A stretch of DNA of 64,000 bases from a virus, in the IMG/VR virus record IMGVR_UViG_3300009163_000026, positions 1-64,000 of that record; one strand, 5' to 3'. Below the pieces are notes generated by a model. It was not told the origin of the DNA and did no database searches. It saw only the letters and a list, made by a program, of their open reading frames with translations. Positions 18,385-28,201 of the stretch are shown here, piece by piece. A program made the position numbers and the translations under genes. Numbering within the stretch: position 1 is the stretch's first letter; the number at the start of each line of letters is the position of its first letter.

Positions 18385-20034
18385 TTACGATTCACAGTTT
18401 GCACAATTCAAAATATTTCTAGCAAGCTCTTGCGAAGGATTCGCAGAACGTTGATAATATAATGACTTGATGCCCTCTCTCCAAGCATATATAAGCAACT
18501 CGCTTACTTCTTTTGGTTTTGCATTAGGGGGGATCATCAGATTAATTGATTGTCCTTGATCAATAAACTTCTGCCTTTGTGCAGCTTGTATGATAATCTC
18601 TTTTTGTGAGATCTCACCAAAAGTTTTAAACACATCCTTTTCTTCACGAGTAAGAAATTTTATGTGCTGGACAGAACCACCATGGGAAAGAATATCCTTC
18701 CACACATCAAGACTATCTTTATCCTTCAACTTCAACACCTTGGCTAAGTAAGGGTTTTTATAAGTGAACTTACCTTTAGCAAGATCCTTCACAAAGTAAT
18801 TACTATTGTGTGGTTCAATAGATGGAGATACTTGACCTAAAATAAACGAACTCGAGGTAGTAGGAGCAATTGCAAGCGTAGTTGTATTACGTCTTTTATA
18901 ACCTTCAAGTAAAGGAGGCTCTCCGAATATGGTTGCAAGCTCTGTAGTAGCTAGATCTGCTCTGTGTCTAATAGTATGCCAGATATCATTGTTGAGCATC
19001 TTTGCTTCTATTGATTCAAATGGTACAAGCTTTGATTGCAGAAAGGAATGCCAGCCTAAAACACCTACTCCTAATGCTCGTTGATTAATAGCGAACTTTC
19101 TAGGCGCTTCCATAAACGGCACACCTTCTGTCTTATGAATAAACTCAGTCATTACTGCATCTAAGAAGTATACAAGCGTTTCAATTGCATCAGTAGTCTC
19201 GAGTTCATCCCAACGTTCAAGATTAATAGAAGAAAGGTCACAAACAAACGATTCATCATCCTGATTGGAAAGGAATATCTCTGTACAAAGATTAGAATTA
19301 TTAATCTTAAGTCCTTTATCCTTATAGACTTGTGGAGCTTGATTATTAACATTATCAGTAAAGAAAATATACGGGTAGCCTGATTCAAAGCGCTTCTTAA
19401 TAACAAGACCCCAAATCCTTCGTTTAGACTTATCACCCTCTAACATACTCTCCATCCACTCATCGGTAATTGTAACTCCGATAGACAAATCTTGAATATC
19501 ATTACCTTCACCGCGAATAGCTAGAAACTCTTCAATATCACCGTGATCAATAGGAAGATAAGCAGCAAACGAACCACGACGAACATTACCTTGAGATACA
19601 TAGTTAACAAGAGAATCAAATACGGTTAGCTGATGATGCACACCTGTAGCTGTACCACCGGAACTAATAGCTGAACCTCGAGGTCTGATAGCGCCAAAGT
19701 AACCAGAGGTACCACCGCCAATCTTAGACATAGCACCAACCTCACCTAACTTACAGAGAATACTATTCATATCATCAGGAATATAACTTCCGAAGCATGA
19801 AATAGGAGCACCACGCTCTCTACCAAAGTTACTCCAGATAGGAGTAGATAGAGAATAAAAACCACGATGCATATACGATTCAAACTTATCAGCAAAACCG
19901 GCTATACTCAGATATCTTTCAGCAGCATCAGCAATATCTCTAATGCGTTGCTCAGGTGTCTCATCTTTCGTCAGGTAGTCTCTCTCTAGAAATTTTCTAG
20001 AGTCCTTATTAAGCCAGTATATATCTTTACTCAT
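18385..20034 (-). CDS. nrdA: Ribonucleotide reductase class I alpha (short, no ATP cone)
   Basis: STPIWSN, PISCF, RRGSFAAY, SNLCTEI, AIAPT.SSS, IDQGQS.NL, KSLYYQRS. Confidence 0.95.
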   Translation of the reverse strand: MSKDIYWLNKDSRKFLERDYLTKDETPEQRIRDIADAAERYLSIAGFADKFESYMHRGFYSLSTPIWSNFGRERGAPISCFGSYIPDDMNSILCKLGEVGAMSKIGGGTSGYFGAIRPRGSAISSGGTATGVHHQLTVFDSLVNYVSQGNVRRGSFAAYLPIDHGDIEEFLAIRGEGNDIQDLSIGVTITDEWMESMLEGDKSKRRIWGLVIKKRFESGYPYIFFTDNVNNQAPQVYKDKGLKINNSNLCTEIFLSNQDDESFVCDLSSINLERWDELETTDAIETLVYFLDAVMTEFIHKTEGVPFMEAPRKFAINQRALGVGVLGWHSFLQSKLVPFESIEAKMLNNDIWHTIRHRADLATTELATIFGEPPLLEGYKRRNTTTLAIAPTTSSSFILGQVSPSIEPHNSNYFVKDLAKGKFTYKNPYLAKVLKLKDKDSLDVWKDILSHGGSVQHIKFLTREEKDVFKTFGEISQKEIIIQAAQRQKFIDQGQSINLMIPPNAKPKEVSELLIYAWREGIKSLYYQRSANPSQELARNILNCANCES

Positions 20035-20039
20035 ATAAA

Positions 20040-21017
20040 TTAAAATAAATCGTCTTCGCTGAATGATTGACTCTTCTTAGAATACTCAACAGGACGTGAG
20101 TGAAAAAAGTCGGTCATACTATTTCCTAATAGGTCTTCAGAGAACCACATTGTAGACTCAAGAATAGTAGAATCTACTTCAAAGGGCTTAGGAAGACCAA
20201 TTTGTGTAAGCGATTCGTTAATGCGATTTTTAATAAATTCCTTAAGAATCGGAGCAGATAATCCTGGCTCATCTATACCGTTAATCATCCAATCAATAAT
20301 TTTACTTTCTGATTTAAATGCCTCGTGAGCAGCAGTTACAATCCGATCCGTTAACTCCTCATCAAACAGCTCAGGATGTTCATCACGTATAGTATTGATA
20401 ATCTGAATACCTACAAGAGCGTGAATGTTTTCTTCATTACGGGTATACTTAACCTGTTGATCAGTATCCTTTAAGACATTCTTAAAACGAGCAAAATGAT
20501 TGATAACGTAAAACTGTGAAAACAGAGAAACATTCTCCACGAATAAAGTAAACAGCGTCAACGCGTAGAGGTATTGCTTCTTCGAGTCCTTGTAGAACCT
20601 ATGGGTATACTTACGGAGATACTTGACTCTCCCCTGTATCCATTCTAGCTTAAGGTTCTCTTCAAAAATATCCTCTAACTCGAGAACACAGAGCAAACGT
20701 TCATAAGCGTTGTTATGAATAACCTCAGTATTAGACATAACGATACCGAGATCATATAGAGCTGGGTGTGGTAAGTTTTCACCGAGCTTAGCCCAGAATG
20801 TCTTAACTGCTACTTCAATCTGACCAATGGCAGAGAGAGTGCGAACTACGATTTCTCTTTCCTGATCAGTCAGCTCAACTTTAAACTGCTGAACATCAGA
20901 CTTAAAGTTAAACTCCTTATCGGTCCAAAAACCATTATGCATTGCTTCAATGAACTGCTCAGTCCATGGATACAAATTTGGCTTGCGACTAATCTGCTCT
21001 TCAAAAATACTAGGCAT
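20040..21017 (-). CDS. nrdB: Ribonucleotide reductase class I beta
   Basis: FW...E, E.IH..AY, ENVSLFSQF, EENIH, DFF..RPVEYSK. Confidence 0.95.
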   Translation of the reverse strand: MPSIFEEQISRKPNLYPWTEQFIEAMHNGFWTDKEFNFKSDVQQFKVELTDQEREIVVRTLSAIGQIEVAVKTFWAKLGENLPHPALYDLGIVMSNTEVIHNNAYERLLCVLELEDIFEENLKLEWIQGRVKYLRKYTHRFYKDSKKQYLYALTLFTLFVENVSLFSQFYVINHFARFKNVLKDTDQQVKYTRNEENIHALVGIQIINTIRDEHPELFDEELTDRIVTAAHEAFKSESKIIDWMINGIDEPGLSAPILKEFIKNRINESLTQIGLPKPFEVDSTILESTMWFSEDLLGNSMTDFFHSRPVEYSKKSQSFSEDDLF

Positions 21018-21038
21018 ATATGTTAGTATGCAGTAGGA

Positions 21039-21266
21039 TTATTGAAGCGGCAGACTGGTTTTAAGGCTACCACTAGAAACATTATATAATTTTATAGTTT
21101 TAACTGTACCGGTCTGAACCATTACAGATAACTCACTTTCTGATATAATTGGTTGTGATATAATAGTACCACTGACATTAATTATTCTGTGCAAGTTACC
21201 TGTAGTAGCATCATATATTTTCACTGTATTATTACTTCCTGTTTGTGCGATAAATTTTTTAGTCAT
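21039..21266 (-). CDS. Small hypothetical protein with beta-repeat
   Basis: Two TVKIYD.T.G / TIKLYN.S.G repeats. Confidence 0.5.
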   Translation of the reverse strand: MTKKFIAQTGSNNTVKIYDATTGNLHRIINVSGTIISQPIISESELSVMVQTGTVKTIKLYNVSSGSLKTSLPLQ

Positions 21267-21618
21267 AATTTAAATTCTTAATATTATTTATGAAGATAGA
21301 TACAACATCATCGGACTTATCTTCACTAAATCCATATGTCTTCTTTTTCTGCAGCTTAGTATCTTGAAGCTTATGATAATTAATAACGTCTTTAACCTCT
21401 TGAGAATCAGCTGGTAATACATCTGTATTACGAATATCAAGAATATTCCGTATTTCATTAACATCATAACCTCTTATAATTAAAGACTTTACCTTTTTTG
21501 TAACATAATACTTTAAGAGGGTGGTAGCGTCGCCATATTCTGCGGCACGCTTTTCAAAATATACTTTTGAAAACAAAAAACTTTTACCGGATAGTAGACA
21601 AGTAATACGGGAAGACAT
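21259..21618 (-). CDS. Hypothetical protein
   Basis: 119 aa ORF with sigma70-like promoter upstream. Confidence 0.55.
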   Translation of the reverse strand: MSSRITCLLSGKSFLFSKVYFEKRAAEYGDATTLLKYYVTKKVKSLIIRGYDVNEIRNILDIRNTDVLPADSQEVKDVINYHKLQDTKLQKKKTYGFSEDKSDDVVSIFINNIKNLNYD

Positions 21619-21658
21619 ATATTATTATATAATAGTGTTGAGTAGATACAAGCTATTT

Positions 21659-22096
21659 TTAGGATTCTTCCCATGGAAATGTTAACCACGTTTCTTCAGG
21701 TACAGAAAACCCATAACAGTTAACCATATGAGATGATTTGTCTTTAACAAATAGTGAAGCATAGTCAAAGGTGTGAATAGTATTACTATACATACCTTTA
21801 AATATATTAAACGTATTACCTGTATCGCATATATCATCTACTACTAAAAATTTCGAAGGAGCTGTTGGTAGTGTCACTGGCTGATAAATGGTCCATTTGC
21901 CTGTGTGTATAGTATTATTATATGTATTGATTCCAAAAACCAATACCTTTTTGTTAAGTTTATATGCTAGCATAGTAGCAGGTATAAGACCTCCACGACC
22001 AATACCGATAATATAATCGTAGTTTGAACCAACCCGCTGCGCCAGTAAATCTATGATAAATGACATATATTCATAACTTACAGCTTTTTTATTCAT
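21659..22096 (-). CDS. Purine phosphoribosyltransferase (Gpt-like)
   Basis: GIGRGGLIPA, LVVDDICDTGNT PRPP motif, W..FPWE. Confidence 0.88.
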   Translation of the reverse strand: MNKKAVSYEYMSFIIDLLAQRVGSNYDYIIGIGRGGLIPATMLAYKLNKKVLVFGINTYNNTIHTGKWTIYQPVTLPTAPSKFLVVDDICDTGNTFNIFKGMYSNTIHTFDYASLFVKDKSSHMVNCYGFSVPEETWLTFPWEES

Positions 22097-22142
22097 TATT
22101 TAATATTATAAGCTGATATTGTAGTTAATCTACTAAATAACA

Positions 22143-22511
22143 ATGATGAGCAAATATGGTTATAGTGAGCTTGAGGCATTATATGAAAACAATCTAGCGT
22201 CAGGATATTCAGATACACGCTATATTCCAAATAATACAATAGGTGATAAAAACTCTTACGGTACAAAGGGTATGATACCTACAACAGTAGCAGGTAATGC
22301 AGGAACTGCTTGGAGTGTAAATTTAACTAATTCAAACGATAGCTTTAGATCTTTTAGCGAAGAGGAAGATGAGCGTGTCAAAGATCGGCAGATATCAGTA
22401 CAGGCTGTCGTAGATGAAGTAAATAAAAAGTTAGCTGAAGCTTCGGAGATAGGTATGATTTATGCGTGTGAGTATCTTACCGATATACTTAACTTTTTAA
22501 AATCGGAGTGA
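22143..22511 (+). CDS. Acidic late protein with leader-like N-terminus
   Basis: TAAATA upstream; ELEALYE. Confidence 0.55.
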   Translation: MMSKYGYSELEALYENNLASGYSDTRYIPNNTIGDKNSYGTKGMIPTTVAGNAGTAWSVNLTNSNDSFRSFSEEEDERVKDRQISVQAVVDEVNKKLAEASEIGMIYACEYLTDILNFLKSE

Positions 22512-22515
22512 TTAA

Positions 22516-22785
22516 TTACTCTGACTTAGCAATAATAAGACTTAAAAGGTGATCTGCATACCAGCAAACCGCAGCACCATATGTCGCAAAAATTACTGGA
22601 TTATATGGTCCGAGGAGACCTGTAAGAACTCCCGACCAAAATCCAAGACAGAGAGAGCACGAAAAAAGATCTTTAAAGAAAGGATAAGCTATCAGCCTAT
22701 TACGCGGAACGGATAATATACTACCGTACTTTAGTATAAAACTTAAACCTATACACGATATAGTATATAAAATAAGATCAACCAC
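22516..22785 (-). CDS. Small membrane protein with CxxC-GFW motif
   Basis: Hydrophobic helices, FSCSLCLGFW. Confidence 0.55.
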   Translation of the reverse strand: MVDLILYTISCIGLSFILKYGSILSVPRNRLIAYPFFKDLFSCSLCLGFWSGVLTGLLGPYNPVIFATYGAAVCWYADHLLSLIIAKSE

Positions 22786-22984
22786 AAATTAGTTGTTCGT
22801 CTCTTGGTTTATCTAGATTTTTAACTGCGTCGGATACCATTTCAAGTTCACTTTTCTTAACTATAATCTTATTACCATAGTCATCAAGAACCTCGTAGTT
22901 ATCATCGTCGAGTTTTGTAATAATGGGGCAGCAGTTACCTTTGCCACATAATTGGATTTCATTTTCAGATAGTCGTTTAAGCAT
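22778..22984 (-). CDS. Small Cys-containing hypothetical protein (start MLKRLS)
   Basis: TAAATA 5 nt upstream; LCGKGNCCP. Confidence 0.55.
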   Translation of the reverse strand: MLKRLSENEIQLCGKGNCCPIITKLDDDNYEVLDDYGNKIIVKKSELEMVSDAVKNLDKPRDEQLICG

Positions 22985-23036
22985 ACCAGTATTTAGTTTA
23001 TTATTTATATAAACAACTAATATTTTTAAAAAGATA

Positions 23037-23813
23037 TTATACGCAAGACATGACAAGCGCTGCTTCTTCATCACGCCGCTTTAATAATCCATCTAAACCC
23101 TTACCTACCCACAACCGCTTCATACTAAGAATCTGCTGTGCAATATATGGGTATATATTTTTGCTGCCCGATTTTATAGTTGTTTGAATATTAAACATTT
23201 CTACCCTACTCGGACCGGTGGTTGAAGCACCTCTATTAAAAACAACACTCACAAGAGCGCCAAACGCATCAGGGTGCAACTTGTCTGCTCCAGGAAACGC
23301 CTTTATTGTTTCAGCGATAAATCTAGGCAAAGTATTTTTATTAAAGACAATCAGAGCATTCTCCCACGGTATATCAATATTCTTTACAGATGCGACTTGC
23401 TTACGAGCAGATTCACTTTTGTATCCAAGTACTGTAGTAAGTCGGTTAAAATCGGTAGGTGGTAGCAATTCTTTCCAGTCGCGGGTAAACTGACCTGTCG
23501 TATTATAACCTAAATCATATCCAATACCTATTGTTACGCCTGAGGCTCCGCCAGGCCAACAAGGGTGTTTTAGTTGCTTATTATAATAAACTGAACCTCC
23601 ACCTACTTCATAATCTATTATCAATTGTAATGCGCGATCAGATAGAGGATTAAAACTTACTGTACTTAGAGTAGATGTAGGCAACTCTTTTTCTAAAGGA
23701 CATATTCGCTTACTTATAGCGAGCCATGTCTGCATACCATCAATACCATCCTCTACTATTCCAAGTTCACGTTGAACCTGTTTGACTAATATCTCGCGGT
23801 CTGTTGAGCTCAT
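23037..23813 (-). CDS. Endolysin: PG-binding N-terminus plus lysozyme-like domain
   Basis: VQRELG..DGIDG..T; EVGGG..YY, WPGGASGVTIGIGYDLG, LVSVVFNRG, GLLKRR.EEA. Confidence 0.85.
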   Translation of the reverse strand: MSSTDREILVKQVQRELGIVEDGIDGMQTWLAISKRICPLEKELPTSTLSTVSFNPLSDRALQLIIDYEVGGGSVYYNKQLKHPCWPGGASGVTIGIGYDLGYNTTGQFTRDWKELLPPTDFNRLTTVLGYKSESARKQVASVKNIDIPWENALIVFNKNTLPRFIAETIKAFPGADKLHPDAFGALVSVVFNRGASTTGPSRVEMFNIQTTIKSGSKNIYPYIAQQILSMKRLWVGKGLDGLLKRRDEEAALVMSCV

Positions 23814-23854
23814 AACATTTATATTTAAGCAGTAGTAGACTAAATATAAATGTT

Positions 23855-24052
23855 ATGGAAATTATATTAAACTTAATAAAAGACTATCCTTGGTTCACAA
23901 TCGTATCAGCTGTTGTTACGCTTGCTTCTGCAATAGCAGCTGCTACACCTACCCCGAAAGCAGGTACCCCGCTCGCTAAAGTATATTTCTTCATCGATCT
24001 TCTTGCTTTGAACATCGGTAAGGCTAAAGACACCGGTGCAGGAAAGAAATAA
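23855..24052 (+). CDS. Holin-like membrane protein
   Basis: 65 aa, TM helix, ASAIAAATPTP, LALNIGKAK; adjacent to endolysin. Confidence 0.6.
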   Translation: MEIILNLIKDYPWFTIVSAVVTLASAIAAATPTPKAGTPLAKVYFFIDLLALNIGKAKDTGAGKK

Positions 24053-24064
24053 ATATTACAACCG

Positions 24065-24325
24065 ATGGATATAATCGGTCTCATCAAGAACGCCCTGTTA
24101 GCTTTAACTGCTTTTTTAGAGTTAAAGAACAAGGCGTTCTATTATGATATACTCAGATCATCAAAAACAAGACAAAAAGAACTTATAAATGAAATTGAAT
24201 CTCTTCGCACTAAGACTAATAATGCTGATAGTGATTATGCAGACCTCTTGCGGTCTGAACTTCTCGACGAAAAAAGAAACGCTGAACATCTATCAGCCTT
24301 CTATTCTATCACTGGAAAAAAGTAA
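24065..24325 (+). CDS. Putative inner-membrane spanin
   Basis: N-terminal hydrophobic segment plus coiled coil, overlapped by a lipoprotein ORF. Confidence 0.5.
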   Translation: MDIIGLIKNALLALTAFLELKNKAFYYDILRSSKTRQKELINEIESLRTKTNNADSDYADLLRSELLDEKRNAEHLSAFYSITGKK

Positions 24326-24428
24326 GCCAGTAATTACTAAAGACGGTATATATACACCGAGTACAGATGAAATATGGCATTCAGATAAGCGGTTCCGTTT
24401 ATTAGAGCGTGAGATTTACTATAAGTAA
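24189..24428 (+). CDS. Putative outer-membrane spanin lipoprotein
   Basis: Signal ending QTSC in an overlapping frame (Rz/Rz1-like). Confidence 0.5.
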   Translation: MKLNLFALRLIMLIVIMQTSCGLNFSTKKETLNIYQPSILSLEKSKPVITKDGIYTPSTDEIWHSDKRFRLLEREIYYK

Positions 24429-24441
24429 TATTTTACTTTAG

Positions 24442-24564
24442 TTATCGTCCTTGACCGCGGTATTTTTTCTTGTAATTTTTTGATTGCTTAAGGTGTGACG
24501 TTTTTGCTTTTGCGTGAATGCCTTTACGTTTAATTTTTTTATTTTTTTGTGCTAAGAATTTCAT
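24442..24564 (-). CDS. 40-aa basic protein ending KKKYRGQGR (not in ORF track)
   Basis: Manual translation MKFLAQKNKKIKRKGIHAKAKTSHLKQSKNYKKKYRGQGR; TATAAT upstream. Confidence 0.6.
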   Translation of the reverse strand: MKFLAQKNKKIKRKGIHAKAKTSHLKQSKNYKKKYRGQGR

Positions 24565-24915
24565 ACCATATTATATAATGTGAATCATATTTAGCTACCA
24601 TAAATAAAAGATATGGAGCTATTTGACGAGGGTGTAAAGAGAATGCAAAAAATGCAAAAAATATTCAAATTCAATAGTGATTTTTTAGATTTATACACTA
24701 TATATTAGTATCTATGACAGACAAAGTATATATCAACAATATATTCAAACAGGAGCTCTCTAACTTAAAATGCGGAACAGCAGATGACTTCATTATTGTT
24801 ACACGGATTGAAGGTGGTAAGGTGTTTTTTACCTATGGTGATTGTAAGCTACACGTCACAACGGCTGAGCTAGAGGAAGCTAGAGTTAATTAATTTAAAC
24901 AAGCACACATAAGAA

Positions 24916-26025
24916 ATGTCGGATAAGCGTGATTACTATGTAGTGCTAGAGGTAGATCGTAATGTCGATGCAGAGGGTATTAAAAAAGCATATCGTCGAC
25001 TTGCTATTAAGCATCACCCAGATAAAAATCAAGGTGATAGTGCTGCAGAAGAGAAATTCAAAGAGTTAGGTGAAGCATATGAGATTCTAAGTGATCAAGA
25101 TAAGCGAGCTGCTTACGATAGACACGGTCACGCTGCCTTCGTAGGTGGAGGTAGACCGCAAAGTCACTCACATCAAGATATTTTCGCTCAGATGTTCGGT
25201 GGTGGATTTGGTAGCTTCTTTGGCGGTCACGCTGGGCCTAGACAGCAGAAGGGTGAAGATATACGTTGTGATATATCTCTTAATCTAGAAGAAGTAATAC
25301 ACTCAACTGCAAAAGAAATTACCATTCCACGGTTCGTTGGCTGTGAGGCGTGTAGTTCAAACGGTACACAGTCGACAAATGGCCTACAGACTTGTACGAC
25401 GTGCAGTGGTAACGGTGTTGTTATTCAACAGTCTGGTATGTTTGTCCAGCAAACCACATGCCCTGAATGTCGTGGTGCGGGTGAGATAATTACAGACCCA
25501 TGTAACGTTTGCAGCGGTGAAGGCCGTGTACAATGTAACACTCAGATACAGGTGAATATACCTGCAGGGGTTGATGCAGATACGCGTATGTGTATGCAAG
25601 GCAATGGTAACAGTGGTAGAAGAGGTAGTCCAAGTGGCGACCTCTATATACACACTAATATTGTGCAACACAGTGTCTTTAGGAGAGAAGGAACTGAGCT
25701 GTTCTGCGATGTACTGTTGGATATTAAAACCGCTACCCTAGGCGGTACACTAACCGTGCCTACGTTTGAAGGAGGAGTAGTAATAAAAATACCAACTGGT
25801 ACGCAAAGCGGTTCTGTGTTTAAGTTAAGTCATAGAGGTTCACCAATGATTAATTCAAGCGATAGAGGTAGTCTGAATATTACAGTACAGGTCGAAATAC
25901 CAGTAGAGCTTGATAGCTATCAACAAGAGTTATTAAATGCATTTACTAACTCACTAGCACCAGTAAACACCCCTTTACATAAAGGCTTTACTACAGTAGC
26001 GGAAAGATTCCTGAACAAGATTTAA
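24916..26025 (+). CDS. dnaJ: Chaperone DnaJ
   Basis: J-domain HPDKN, G/F region, four CxxCxGxG-type repeats, C-terminal domain. Confidence 0.95.
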   Translation: MSDKRDYYVVLEVDRNVDAEGIKKAYRRLAIKHHPDKNQGDSAAEEKFKELGEAYEILSDQDKRAAYDRHGHAAFVGGGRPQSHSHQDIFAQMFGGGFGSFFGGHAGPRQQKGEDIRCDISLNLEEVIHSTAKEITIPRFVGCEACSSNGTQSTNGLQTCTTCSGNGVVIQQSGMFVQQTTCPECRGAGEIITDPCNVCSGEGRVQCNTQIQVNIPAGVDADTRMCMQGNGNSGRRGSPSGDLYIHTNIVQHSVFRREGTELFCDVLLDIKTATLGGTLTVPTFEGGVVIKIPTGTQSGSVFKLSHRGSPMINSSDRGSLNITVQVEIPVELDSYQQELLNAFTNSLAPVNTPLHKGFTTVAERFLNKI

Positions 26026-26038
26026 TTTTAAGATTATA

Positions 26039-26377
26039 TTATAATATCTCGTTATCTTTATAATATACATGAATTGCGGGGAAATGTTCAAGTATAAAAT
26101 TATTTAGTCTCTCTGTACCAGGACGGAAATCGCGACTTTCTCCTTCATCACCCTCTTCGTCGAGAGTATCTGACCTGTGCCACAAATCAAAGTTAAAATT
26201 AGGATGGTCTTCCGCTACCATTATCTCCCTTTCAAATTTGAACCTCCTAGGATTAGGGGTAGGTCCCATATAGGTAACGTCTACATAAATATTTCCTAAT
26301 TCCGGTAAGTCACCATCCTCACCATACATTTCGTGCGAAACAACATCAGCCTCAATTTCAAATATTTTATATCTCAT
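26039..26377 (-). CDS. MRY-family paralog
   Basis: MRYK start; VAEDHPNFN. Confidence 0.75.
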   Translation of the reverse strand: MRYKIFEIEADVVSHEMYGEDGDLPELGNIYVDVTYMGPTPNPRRFKFEREIMVAEDHPNFNFDLWHRSDTLDEEGDEGESRDFRPGTERLNNFILEHFPAIHVYYKDNEIL

Positions 26378-26825
26378 TGTCGTATGTATTTAAATTTACA
26401 AAGTCAGGAAGACATTTGTGTAGTATAGTACGTGTCATATCACGTGCAGCTTCTTTATCATCAGTAATAAAATAATATAGTTCGGCATCCTTCCTACGGG
26501 CGGCGTTTAGAACATCAAAATTAAAGCTGGGGTGTGATTCAGGTAGTATGTAATAGTACCGTGTTGCGTTACCGTATTGTGCATCTGTATTGCTACCACC
26601 ATCAACCATCCTATATAGGTATTGAGCAACCCTAATAAATTCATATTTTGATAGATCATCATCCTCATCGGTTCCTGCTGGACTCCAGTGGCTATTCAAA
26701 GCATTTTCTGGTACTCGGTCATACTTGAGTATACTACCATCGACTATCTTAACGTCTTCTATATGTAGTGTCTCAACTTCATCGAGATCAACAGCGCCTT
26801 GTATTTGAAATTTCTTGTATCTCAT
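26367..26825 (-). CDS. MRY-family paralog
   Basis: MRYK start; LPESHPSFN. Confidence 0.75.
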   Translation of the reverse strand: MRYKKFQIQGAVDLDEVETLHIEDVKIVDGSILKYDRVPENALNSHWSPAGTDEDDDLSKYEFIRVAQYLYRMVDGGSNTDAQYGNATRYYYILPESHPSFNFDVLNAARRKDAELYYFITDDKEAARDMTRTILHKCLPDFVNLNTYDNEI

Positions 26826-26826
26826 T

Positions 26827-27210
26827 TTAAAAGTAGTTACGTAACAAGTTATTAAATTGCTTCCAAGCGGGGTGGTCTTTAGATATTATAGGCTTTACAG
26901 GTGTGTTATATGTACCACCTTCTCCAAGTACAACTCTATCTACTACATATATATTAAAGAATGGATGTGTCTCTGGTACAAAGAAAGCATTCCGAGAAAA
27001 CGTCCGTTGATATTCTAACAACTCGTAAATACCATCACGCCATAAGCGGTAGCGATTGTCTCTATATATCGGAGTATACGGAGGTGCACCAGGCTCCATT
27101 TTAAATTCGTCATCGGTTAGATAGAAAAAGCCATCAGGTATATCCGGATAGTTCATACGCACAGATCGCTGTTGATCATTATAGCCGAAAAAGTATAGCC
27201 TATATCTCAT
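26827..27210 (-). CDS. MRY-family paralog
   Basis: MRYR start; VPETHPFFN; TATAAATA upstream. Confidence 0.75.
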   Translation of the reverse strand: MRYRLYFFGYNDQQRSVRMNYPDIPDGFFYLTDDEFKMEPGAPPYTPIYRDNRYRLWRDGIYELLEYQRTFSRNAFFVPETHPFFNIYVVDRVVLGEGGTYNTPVKPIISKDHPAWKQFNNLLRNYF

Positions 27211-27243
27211 TTTTATAACCAGTTAAGTATATTTATAGTAAAA

Positions 27244-27316
27244 GCGTCCGAAGGACGCCCGGCACACACATCTTTGTCTCGTTGGTCTCGTTTGTCTCAC
27301 TGGTCTCGTGTGGTCT
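27244..27316. repeat. Hairpin plus 9-nt GTCTC tandem repeats
   Basis: gcgtcc gaa ggacgc, then ttgtctcgt tggtctcgt ttgtctcac tggtctcgt. Confidence 0.7.
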
Positions 27317-27321
27317 TTTTA

Positions 27322-27888
27322 CTATCGCCCGAATTCAAAAGGCGTCCCGTTAGGTCCAGCGGTAGCCATTACTCTCCCAAAATCATCAGTGTCTTCATTC
27401 GCTACAAGCGAGTTGTATTGTTCGTGGGTGATAATTAAATCACGTAGTTGCCTCTTAGTATCGAGATTGTGAAACTCAGTTGAGGATATAAAATAATCAT
27501 CAACACAATTATACATTAAGTCTATATTAAACAAAGGATCTGTTTCATCTACTACCTTTATAAAGAACTGTGTCATGGTGAAATGAAGATCTTGTTTAAC
27601 GGATCGATCACCATATTCTTTCGATGTAGGTTGATCCTTACGTGTAACATAGTTATAGAACTGAGTTTTACCTAACTGAACATAGTATAGGTGTCGGAGA
27701 TTATAAGAGTAATTAGGAGAGATTATAATGTCGTCTCTACCATAAATGAACCTACCAGGCGGCTTCTTAAGTATACCGGCAAGAGCGCCTATAAAATCTA
27801 TTTCGGAGCCGTCGTGGATCTCGTCACCGTTAGTATCATAGGCAGCATCGTAAACCCTATAGGAAAAATCAATTGCTTTATATCTCAT
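27322..27888 (-). CDS. MRY-family paralog (start corrected)
   Basis: MRYKA at 27888; VDETDPLFN. Confidence 0.72.
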   Translation of the reverse strand: MRYKAIDFSYRVYDAAYDTNGDEIHDGSEIDFIGALAGILKKPPGRFIYGRDDIIISPNYSYNLRHLYYVQLGKTQFYNYVTRKDQPTSKEYGDRSVKQDLHFTMTQFFIKVVDETDPLFNIDLMYNCVDDYFISSTEFHNLDTKRQLRDLIITHEQYNSLVANEDTDDFGRVMATAGPNGTPFEFGR

Positions 27889-27896
27889 ATTATTTA

Positions 27897-28193
27897 TTAC
27901 CAATTTCTACACGACCAGTAACCGGCCGATGTCTTATCTTTCTTCTGAGAACACTTGTGTCTAGCTCTGAATGACTTGCGGCGCTTTGGATTAGACTTCT
28001 TAATACGTAGATTAGGGTCTCCGTAATGCACTCGCTTATAACCGGTCTTTGTCTTCACACACCGCATATATTTCTTATCGGATCTACTAGAGGACTGCTG
28101 ACCGGTTACCTTAGTGCATTGGGTGGCCTCTATGATAATAGAGGTATCAGCTAATGCTTCCAGTAACTCATAATACTCGATAAACGATATCAT
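27897..28193 (-). CDS. Basic conserved phage protein with CTS-like leader
   Basis: MISFIEYYELLE; HYGDPN...RRKSFRARHKC...AGYWSC; TATAAATA upstream. Confidence 0.7.
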   Translation of the reverse strand: MISFIEYYELLEALADTSIIIEATQCTKVTGQQSSSRSDKKYMRCVKTKTGYKRVHYGDPNLRIKKSNPKRRKSFRARHKCSQKKDKTSAGYWSCRNW

Positions 28194-28201
28194 ATTAGTA
28201 T

